From positions 25,379 to 41,477 of the forward strand of contig RDOA01000029.1 of assembly GCA_011364925.1 (NCBI GenBank): a stretch of DNA of 16,099 bases, in the 5' to 3' direction. This document shows positions 6,291 through 13,451 of the stretch, in pieces (positions within the stretch are counted from its first letter, which is position 1; the number at the start of each line of letters is the position of its first letter). Under the pieces are notes generated by a model, which had not been told where the DNA came from, ran no database searches, and saw only the letters and a list, made by a program, of their open reading frames with translations. The position numbers were made by a program, and so were the translations under genes. The DNA comes from Promethearchaeota archaeon. Lineage in GTDB: Archaea > Asgardarchaeota > Lokiarchaeia > Sigyniarchaeales > SOKP01.

Positions 6291-7280
6291 ATGTCAGAAA
6301 TTAAATCAAATTGTTTCGTGATAATGCCATTTTCTAGAAGTAGTGAAGAACATACCGAAGGATATTGGACCAAGCATTTCAACGAGCTTTTAAAACCGAC
6401 CATAGAAGAATTAGGAGTGAAAACATTTCGTGTGGAAGCGATGCGCGAAGATATTTTAAAATCAATCATCCAATCCCTTGTCACTTCGCCAATAGTGGTA
6501 GCAGACCTCACTGATCACAACCCAAATGTTTTTTGGGAGCTTGGTGTTCGGCAGAGTTTCAGACAAAATACTATTACGATTGCTGAGGAAGGCACAAAAT
6601 TACCATTTGATGTGAGCCCAAAAGCGACAATTTTTTACAACCTTCATAGTGAAGAAAATATCAATCAATTCAAGATTAATTTGAAAACAGCGATTAATGA
6701 TTGTTTTACCAATCCAGAAAAATCTGACAGTCATGTACTAGATTCTATTACAGGAAGAGGTTCACTCTATGAATTAATAAGGATGGATGACGCACGACGG
6801 CGGATTGAAGCACTTATAGTGGAGGCTCAATCAAATCAAGAAAATTTTGAAATGAGGAAAAAGTTAGTAGGTGAGCCAGATGATTTATCAGAAATTCCAT
6901 TTCCCGTGAGTTTTGGAATATGGAGAACAAAGTGCATGGAATTTCTCCTTGTGAATCGATATCTTGATGAGGATGAAAGGTTTTATAAAACAGCGGAAGC
7001 CACTTTGCGATTCCTTGAAAATTTACAATTACACGGACCCTGGCTGAGTATTATGAGTGAAAAAGATAAAGATTCAGCTTTAAGATTTTATACAGGCCAA
7101 CTAGGTAAATTTATTACTAGAGCATTGCAAATCTGGATAGATTTATTAAACCGAATATATCATAAAATTGTTGAGAGAATGAAAACGATGATTAGCGATA
7201 CTGGATTTAAAACTATAGGTGAGCTTAGATCCATATCTTATGGTATCGATAAACCCTATGGAGGTTTTATTGATCTTTAA
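6291..7280 (+). CDS. NDT/TIR-like domain protein with unknown helical C-terminal domain, paralogue 2
   Basis: 329 aa with the same motifs as 1059..2036 (CFVIMPF, VVADLTDHNPNVFWELGVRQSF, LPFDV). It aligns to copy 1 without gaps over about 315 aa, about 65% identity by hand count. Confidence 0.75.
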   Translation: MSEIKSNCFVIMPFSRSSEEHTEGYWTKHFNELLKPTIEELGVKTFRVEAMREDILKSIIQSLVTSPIVVADLTDHNPNVFWELGVRQSFRQNTITIAEEGTKLPFDVSPKATIFYNLHSEENINQFKINLKTAINDCFTNPEKSDSHVLDSITGRGSLYELIRMDDARRRIEALIVEAQSNQENFEMRKKLVGEPDDLSEIPFPVSFGIWRTKCMEFLLVNRYLDEDERFYKTAEATLRFLENLQLHGPWLSIMSEKDKDSALRFYTGQLGKFITRALQIWIDLLNRIYHKIVERMKTMISDTGFKTIGELRSISYGIDKPYGGFIDL

Positions 7281-7398
7281 AAAATAATTTTCCTAAAAAT
7301 TGTTCTATTTAGCTTAATTTTCAATAAAATCGTTTATTGATAATGAAAATTGTATCATATTCTATACAATCTTTAAAAACTAAAAACTATAAAAAGAT

Positions 7399-7413
7399 CG
7401 AAAGCTAATATTT
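7399..7413 (+). promoter_or_regulatory. Putative BRE-TATA-like promoter (CGAAAGC-TAATATTT) of the MFS gene
   Basis: Closely resembles the 6174-6197 sequence (AAAAGAT(T)CGAAAG(G)CTA(A)TATTT). It lies about 45-55 nt before ATG 7457. Confidence 0.4.
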
Positions 7414-7456
7414 AAAAATAAATTAAAAAATTATCTAAAAAAAATTGGTAAGAATT

Positions 7457-8890
7457 ATGGCAGAGGATATTAAACACAGTAAAAAAGGAATGGTAAGTTA
7501 CGGCTTTAATTCGTTTTCTCGAGAGTTTCTTAGAATTGCTTTTACTACTTTTGCTTTCTTCTTTTACGAATCAGAACTCGGCCTCGATGTTTGGCTAATA
7601 TTTTTCGCGTATTTCATATTTGCGATTTATAATATGTTTAACGACCCTATTGTTGGATTTTTAACGAATAGACCTTTCAAGTTTACTAAAAAATGGGGAC
7701 GACGATTTCCTTGGATATTAATAGGAGGTTTGCCGTGGGGTTTTACTTATATGCTCATCTTTACTCCTCCAACTTATGATCCAATCGGAGGAGCATGGAT
7801 CTTATTTGCTTGGCTCCTCTTTACTACCTGTTTATTCGATACTTTCCATTCGATTTTATTCGTTAATTTTCAATCGTTATTCGTAGACAAATATCGATCG
7901 GTTCAAGAGCGAAGAACTGCCAGTGGTATCTATATAATGATAGGAGTTGTAGGCGTTGCACTAGGCTCCATTTTACCGCCCTTTTTGTTTAAATATAAAA
8001 CAGAAACAATGACCTTCTTTCCAACTTGGGCTATTCAAGGTCTCTTAGTAGCTGTTATCACATTCGTAGGATTTGCTGTGGCTATTCCTGGCTCGCGTGA
8101 GGACCAAGTTACGATCGATCTCTATTTAGCCTCTCAAGAAAAAGAGAGAGAAAAGGTCTCATTCTTCAAAAGTCTCTTGACAGCCTTAAAGCAGACTCCA
8201 TTCATAGCATTCATGGCGTTCTATCTGCTATATCAATCATTAGTTGAGACTATGCAAGCTTCTGTTCAATATACAGTGAAGTATTCCTTGAAGATGGATC
8301 CCAAAGCCTCAACATTGATATTTGCTGCATTTTTAGTTGGAGTATTAATTTCCACTCCTTTTTGGACGATTATCTCAAGGAGAGTCAAAGATAATAAAAA
8401 GATAATGTTAATTTCTGGGTTCCTTCTCGCTGCTTTTACCATACCTATAACATTTTTCAATACATATGCAATTCCATTACCAGTTGGTATAATTTATGCG
8501 TTAATAATTATGGAAATGTTTCTATGGGGATTAGCGATGGGAGGTTTTTGGACAATGATATTTCCGGTATCAGCAGATGTAATTGATAACGCAATAGTAG
8601 TGACAGGGAAGCGCGAAGAGGGCGTTTATACTGGGTTTCAACAATTTTTCGCTCGAGTCGGAATCATAATTCAGGCTCTAACATTCGCAGTAGTTCATCA
8701 ACTCACTGGATTTAACGAATCTTTAGGTTTAAATCAACCAGAATCGGCAATCTGGGGCATTCATTTGCATCAGGCGCTTATTCCCGCGATTTTTGTAATT
8801 GTTGGTGCCCTTATCTTTTGGAAGTGGTATAAGTTAACTCCAGATGTGGTGCATAAAAATCAGGAAAAAATCAAAGAAATGGGGTTGTAA
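7457..8890 (+). CDS. MFS transporter, glycoside-pentoside-hexuronide (MelB/GPH-like) cation symporter family
   Basis: About 12 hydrophobic segments, with motifs YNMFNDPIVG, KWGRRFPWIL, ERRTASG and ADVID...TGKREEGVYTG. The ORF track starts at TTG 7445; ATG 7457 is more likely. Confidence 0.9.
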   Translation: MAEDIKHSKKGMVSYGFNSFSREFLRIAFTTFAFFFYESELGLDVWLIFFAYFIFAIYNMFNDPIVGFLTNRPFKFTKKWGRRFPWILIGGLPWGFTYMLIFTPPTYDPIGGAWILFAWLLFTTCLFDTFHSILFVNFQSLFVDKYRSVQERRTASGIYIMIGVVGVALGSILPPFLFKYKTETMTFFPTWAIQGLLVAVITFVGFAVAIPGSREDQVTIDLYLASQEKEREKVSFFKSLLTALKQTPFIAFMAFYLLYQSLVETMQASVQYTVKYSLKMDPKASTLIFAAFLVGVLISTPFWTIISRRVKDNKKIMLISGFLLAAFTIPITFFNTYAIPLPVGIIYALIIMEMFLWGLAMGGFWTMIFPVSADVIDNAIVVTGKREEGVYTGFQQFFARVGIIIQALTFAVVHQLTGFNESLGLNQPESAIWGIHLHQALIPAIFVIVGALIFWKWYKLTPDVVHKNQEKIKEMGL

Positions 8891-8909
8891 TTAGCTCCCC
8901 TACTCAAAA

Positions 8910-8935
8910 CTTTTTTTATTATATTTTATTTATTT
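8910..8935 (+). terminator. T-rich terminator region after the MFS gene
   Basis: T7 at 8911-8917 and further T-runs between convergent genes. Confidence 0.5.
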
Positions 8936-10201
8936 TTAGTTTGAACGAGAGTATTTTTTGTCAATTAATTCAACAAACTTAAGCGTAACTTCAAGGAAGT
9001 CTTTTAAAACCTTTCTATCAACGTTTTCTGGAGCATCCTTAACCGAGTGCCAATTAATTGCTTTATTCTTTTTGTGTTCCATTCCCATTAATGCCGTTGC
9101 TTTAAATCCCTTGTGAATATATCTGCAAGCATCACACGACCCAATTTTTAAGCTACCTGTACGCACGTTAAGTAAGGTTGGATTTTCACTTTTTGCCTCT
9201 TTGTGCGCCTTTAGTAATAATTCATTGATTTCAGTATTGTATCGTGCTTGGTGCATGTCTTTTTCGATCAGAAACATGGTTTCTGCGGCACCGCAGCATT
9301 CTAACACCACAGTATAAGAATTATCGAGAATACCTAATTTCCCGTACTTTTCAACGAACGCTTTAGCGCCTTTATCGCCAATTTCTTCGCTTCCTTGCGA
9401 ACCGACCCAAACTTCAACGTTTTTAGGCCTATTTTTGCTAAGATACATCCCGATAGCTACAGCAACCGCAGAGGAGGATAGGTTATCGTTTGCTCCGAGA
9501 ACCACCCGTTTCCCTAAGAAACCTTTTAACAGTAGGATAAAAACTGGATATATGATAACGAGCGGAATGAAATAGATTAGATCTAATATTGTAAATGAGA
9601 GAAAACTCCAATCTGCTAACACAATCGAAGTCCCAGAGATCATCTGAGCCAGGAATTTCCAAAGAGAAAAGATAATGGTATGAACAAGAAAGTAGATTCC
9701 GATAATTCCAATTATCCTCCGCCATCGAGGCTTTAAACTCGCAATATTCATTTCTTTTGCGCTATCGGTATGGCCTTCGAAAACGATACGGAATTTTACT
9801 TCCTCTGTCGGTTTTATTATTCCAAACACGTTGGTAGACTTTTTTGTTTTAAAAAGAAATCCAACCCATTCTTTCATAAAAAATAACTCAGTGTAGAGCA
9901 CGATAAGTCCTGTGACTACAAGAATTAATGAGATAACTGGAAACGGAAACATTAAAGGCATAAATAGTGGAGAAATTCCTCCCAAGATTCCTGCGACCTT
10001 AATAAAACCTTGAGGATAAAGAGCAGGGCGAGTGTCAAATTCGTCGATAAGTGTTTCATCGCAAAATTTACCAAGTTTTCCTTTAATCCAAAGGTTTGCG
10101 TTCCTTTCAGCATCGCTGCAGGAGTATCTTGGTCCAAACTTTTTACAGATAGTATCCACAAAATTAAACATGTAGTCAGCATAAGATTCATCAGTTTTCA
10201 T
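8936..10201 (-). CDS. Membrane-anchored M28-family zinc metallopeptidase
   Basis: 421 aa. Motifs: GPR...S.AE, NVFG, EGHTDS, GANDNLSS, GSEEIG, LECCG, SCDA, WHS..D. Two hydrophobic hairpins are inserted within the catalytic domain. Confidence 0.88.
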   Translation of the reverse strand: MKTDESYADYMFNFVDTICKKFGPRYSCSDAERNANLWIKGKLGKFCDETLIDEFDTRPALYPQGFIKVAGILGGISPLFMPLMFPFPVISLILVVTGLIVLYTELFFMKEWVGFLFKTKKSTNVFGIIKPTEEVKFRIVFEGHTDSAKEMNIASLKPRWRRIIGIIGIYFLVHTIIFSLWKFLAQMISGTSIVLADWSFLSFTILDLIYFIPLVIIYPVFILLLKGFLGKRVVLGANDNLSSSAVAVAIGMYLSKNRPKNVEVWVGSQGSEEIGDKGAKAFVEKYGKLGILDNSYTVVLECCGAAETMFLIEKDMHQARYNTEINELLLKAHKEAKSENPTLLNVRTGSLKIGSCDACRYIHKGFKATALMGMEHKKNKAINWHSVKDAPENVDRKVLKDFLEVTLKFVELIDKKYSRSN

Positions 10202-10469
10202 TGCTATTTCTCAATCGTTATTTAGTATAATTAATTACGCTAAAAAATTAACCATGAATTTTATTTGTATCACATTTCTACGGATTTTCTAAAAATTTAT
10301 AACGAATAATGCTATTCTTCTCATTCTATTATTTTTGATCAAAATTTCTTAGAAGAGCTTTAATTTATCCGTTAATAAAAATGAAAATCATCTTTTTATT
10401 TTGAATAATGCTAGTTTAATTTAACCAAAATCTAAAAGAATAAAAAGACTCTATAAAGGTGTTTATGTA

Positions 10470-11141
10470 ATGGCAATGAGTCGACTTTTAAAAAAGAAAA
10501 CTGCTTACATTATAATTGGAATAAGCATAATATGCCTAATTTTAGGTCCGTTATTTGGACTACTACTAGATAAACTAACGGTTTATGAACGACAAACACA
10601 AACAGTACAGGAAAGTAGCACCTCTAGTATAAGAGATGCGTTTGCTCAGCCTATAACTTTGACTAAAGATCAAAAATTGATCGTAGAAATCTCTGAATTT
10701 TATCAAAATTCATCCGTTACCATCAAGATCATTGCTAAAAGCGTATACGATCTGGCTAGAAATTTAGATAGTGCTCCTGGGGGATTATCAGGTTTAGACT
10801 TTGTATACTCACAGTTTGGTTGGGGTTCAACACCAGCTGGAAGTACAAATGGTGCGACTTCGTTAAGCTTACCTTCAAGTGGAATTTATTTTTACATAGA
10901 ATTTATGGGAGATAGAGTAGGAGATTCGTTGATATCTTGGCCGGGTGACTATTATGTTATCGTTTATGGCTCTAATTCGGGTCCACCTGCAATTACAACT
11001 GTTTATTTCGATATCACCATAAAAGTTGATGGTCCAGGAGAAGCTTTAAGTAACTATCTCATACTAATTGGAGCGTTGATTCTCATAATTTATGTAATGG
11101 CAGTATTGATATCGGTTTTAAAAGCGAATTACTTAAGGTGA
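10470..11141 (+). CDS. Hypothetical membrane protein: N- and C-terminal TM helices flanking a probable extracytoplasmic beta-sandwich
   Basis: 223 aa. Hydrophobic segments at about aa 12-33 and 195-218; the middle is beta-rich and Ser/Gly/Thr-rich (LIVEIS, VTIKII, PGDYYVIVY, VYFDITIKV). SD AAGGTG upstream. Confidence 0.75.
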   Translation: MAMSRLLKKKTAYIIIGISIICLILGPLFGLLLDKLTVYERQTQTVQESSTSSIRDAFAQPITLTKDQKLIVEISEFYQNSSVTIKIIAKSVYDLARNLDSAPGGLSGLDFVYSQFGWGSTPAGSTNGATSLSLPSSGIYFYIEFMGDRVGDSLISWPGDYYVIVYGSNSGPPAITTVYFDITIKVDGPGEALSNYLILIGALILIIYVMAVLISVLKANYLR

Positions 11142-11147
11142 TAAAAA

Positions 11148-11618
11148 ATGGGTAACGAAAGAAAAAGAAGTATTATTGAAATGTTGCCGATGATGGATAA
11201 GGAACGCGCTACTAAATTTTTAATCTATGGTTTTATAGTAGCAATTATTTTTGGCACCATTCTCATGATAAGTAAATCTATCGCAGATAACGCATATTCA
11301 TGGTTCCTTCTTGAATCGCAACAGAATGATATGAACTACATGGCTGGTTTATACGGGTATAACGATTATATTGTAAAAGCTGAGAGAGCAGATCTTATAT
11401 ATCGCTGGATGGAGTACCAAGTGGTCATCGTTGGTAATGTTGCTCGGATAGGGGTTAATATAGGCATGTTTTTTATCGCTATAGCGTTTTTAAGTTTCGC
11501 TTTAAACGATAAATTTGATGAGAAAGCAAGGCGTATTTATCTAGTACTCGCGGGTCTAATATTATTTGTGATAATCTTTACCGTATTCTTCTCTCAGATA
11601 TCAGTTCAAATATCATAA
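11148..11618 (+). CDS. Hypothetical membrane protein, about 3 TM helices
   Basis: 156 aa. It starts 6 nt after the upstream stop, with SD GGTGA overlapping that stop, so the two genes are probably co-transcribed. Confidence 0.75.
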   Translation: MGNERKRSIIEMLPMMDKERATKFLIYGFIVAIIFGTILMISKSIADNAYSWFLLESQQNDMNYMAGLYGYNDYIVKAERADLIYRWMEYQVVIVGNVARIGVNIGMFFIAIAFLSFALNDKFDEKARRIYLVLAGLILFVIIFTVFFSQISVQIS

Positions 11619-11633
11619 ATCTAATTATTCTAC

Positions 11634-11650
11634 TTTTTTTTTTATTTTTT
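11634..11650 (+). terminator. U-tract terminator of the two-gene membrane operon
   Basis: Long T-runs (T10-A-T6) begin about 15 nt after the stop at 11618. Confidence 0.6.
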
Positions 11651-11721
11651 GTTATCACAGAGTTTAATATTTAGCTGAAATTTTATAAAATACTTATTAA
11701 AAACCGAATTTTTTGTTCATT

Positions 11722-12915
11722 ATGGCTGCAGAACCGAAAAAGACTTTAAAATTCATAGAATTAATTATCTTTATCCTTTTTGCCTTAGGTCCTCTTGTGG
11801 GAAATGTAATTTTAGTATTGTTTGGTGTGCTTGCTTCGGATTTTCTAGTTGCTCCACAGGATATATTAGTCGCTATACCGTCGTTTATGTTTCCTTTCGC
11901 AATTATTCAACTGTTCTCTGGCGCTATTTCAGATGTAAAAGGTCGAATTCCCGTAATTCTTTTTGGCTTATCTATTTTTGGAGTTGGAATGGCTGTAGCT
12001 ATATTATCTTTCTCCCTAATTGTATTTGTTGTTGCTAATGTCCTTGCAGGAATCGGTTTTGGTTTCGTCAATCCCGTTTTAATAGCGTTTCTCACGGACA
12101 TAACACCGGGACCTAAAATTTCCAAAAAAATAGGCTTATTAGCAGCTGTATCTAATTTAGGTGTTGGTTTTGGTCCATTCATTGGGGGGATGATAATAAT
12201 TCTTAATTGGAGATATATGTATGTCATATTTCTTGGGATTACACTAATAGGTTTTTTCATAATTTTTAGTTTAAGAAAAATTCAGTCAATAGCTGGAGGT
12301 AAAGACGGTATTCGTACGCTTTTTACTCATCTTTCTCAAGAGATTCGACGCTTACCCGTTATATTATTAGTTCTTGCTGCTTTTTTGCTTTCACACACTT
12401 CTATTGCAACTATAATCTGGACATCGCAAGCTTTTACTGGCGTAATTCCTGAATGGATTGCAGGATCAGCAATCGCATTATTTGGGACAATGGGTTTTAT
12501 AGGCGGATTGATTACAGGAATTCTAATTAAAAGAAAGAGTGTAAAGTATGCATTACTCCTAGGAATGATCTCGTTATTTGTTGCTGATGCAATTTTAGTA
12601 TTGTTCGGCAATAATACTATCGATGCGTTTCCATTCATTTCTGTAGGATTGCTTTTTATGGGTATTGCGGGAGGTGTGATAATAACCTCAGTCATGTTTT
12701 TTAGCCAAACTATATCGCCAGAAAGACGAGGTGCTCTAGCAGGATTAACTACAGCCTCTTTATTTATTGGAAACGCTTTCGTTACTTCCACTCTTGAACC
12801 TTTTTTTATTATCGGGGGAATTTCGTTAGTTTATATAGTAATCCTTGGTGTTTCTATTATATTGCTTGCGGTTTTACTATTTTTAGCTAAATCTGCTGAA
12901 AAAAAAGCATATTAG
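11722..12915 (+). CDS. MFS transporter, drug:H+ antiporter (DHA1/Bcr-CflA-like)
   Basis: About 12 TM segments, motif A GAISDVKGRIPV, motif C-like GFGPFIGG, WRYMY and PERRGALAG. ATG 11722 is preferred over TTG 11713. A TATA-like TTATTAA at about 11694-11700 suggests a short or absent leader. Confidence 0.88.
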   Translation: MAAEPKKTLKFIELIIFILFALGPLVGNVILVLFGVLASDFLVAPQDILVAIPSFMFPFAIIQLFSGAISDVKGRIPVILFGLSIFGVGMAVAILSFSLIVFVVANVLAGIGFGFVNPVLIAFLTDITPGPKISKKIGLLAAVSNLGVGFGPFIGGMIIILNWRYMYVIFLGITLIGFFIIFSLRKIQSIAGGKDGIRTLFTHLSQEIRRLPVILLVLAAFLLSHTSIATIIWTSQAFTGVIPEWIAGSAIALFGTMGFIGGLITGILIKRKSVKYALLLGMISLFVADAILVLFGNNTIDAFPFISVGLLFMGIAGGVIITSVMFFSQTISPERRGALAGLTTASLFIGNAFVTSTLEPFFIIGGISLVYIVILGVSIILLAVLLFLAKSAEKKAY

Positions 12916-13004
12916 AAGTCTACTTCTAGTTATTAAAAAAGAACTAATTGAGGATTTAAAAACACTTGTAGGTCTTATTAAGAATTAAGTTATTTTACTA
13001 TAAT

Positions 13005-13011
13005 AAAAAAA
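13005..13011 (-). terminator. U7 tract immediately after the mvhD stop
   Basis: A7 on the plus strand directly abuts the stop codon. Confidence 0.45.
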
Positions 13012-13449
13012 TTATCTTATCAACGGTCCTAACTCTTTTATTTGATTTGTAAATTCAGTGATTACATCTGCAAAGCGTTTACCTTCAGATGCTGAAACCC
13101 ATTCTAATCTAACGCGTTTTTCATCAATGCCTAATTGTTTAATTAGGATTTCATGCATTTTTGCGAATCGATCTCTTGTATATTCGTTGCCTGAGATATA
13201 GTGACAATCACCGATATGACAACCACTGATCAATACTCCATCTGCGCCATCTTTAAGAGCTTTTAGGATAAAAGAAGGATCAACTCTCCCCGAACACATC
13301 ACGCGAATGACTCTTATGTTTGGAGGGTATTGAAATCTCGACACTCCTGCTAAATCTGCCCCCGCGTAGCTACACCAATTACAACAAAAGACTAGTATGT
13401 TTGGCTCAAAATTTTCAACTTTTTTCGATTTTGATTTTGTTTTTGACAT
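13012..13449 (-). CDS. mvhD: Methyl-viologen-reducing hydrogenase delta subunit MvhD/FlpD ([2Fe-2S])
   Basis: FCCNWCSYAGADLAG, RVMCSGRVD, GADGVLISGCHIGDCHYISGN, WVSASEG..F. It starts 2 nt after the hdrA stop, with SD GGAGG inside the hdrA 3' end. Confidence 0.97.
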   Translation of the reverse strand: MSKTKSKSKKVENFEPNILVFCCNWCSYAGADLAGVSRFQYPPNIRVIRVMCSGRVDPSFILKALKDGADGVLISGCHIGDCHYISGNEYTRDRFAKMHEILIKQLGIDEKRVRLEWVSASEGKRFADVITEFTNQIKELGPLIR

Positions 13450-13451
13450 GA

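Noticed and set aside
835-7280. Composite transposon or retron interpretation of the NDT-flanked block
   Set aside because: No transposase, integrase, terminal inverted repeats or reverse transcriptase motifs are present, and the paralogues are substantially diverged.
10265-10276. TATCAC half-sites resembling the TrmBL1/TGM motif (also near 11653)
   Set aside because: There is no matching GTGATA half-site at the N5 spacing.
10304-10413. Direct repeat GAATAATGCTA at 10304 and 10403
   Set aside because: Only two copies of an AT-rich 11-mer, plausible by chance. Not CRISPR-like or iteron-like.
8266-12791. Short ORFs 8266..8460, 9483..9725, 9952..10191, 10010..10225, 11907..12260 and 12336..12791
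   Set aside because: They lie within or opposite well-supported genes and carry no motifs. Stop-poor antisense frames are common opposite hydrophobic membrane-protein genes.
12913-12928. Inverted repeat TAGAAGT-ct-ACTTCTA at the MFS stop
   Set aside because: Short and weak, with no following U-tract on the plus strand; insufficient to call a terminator.
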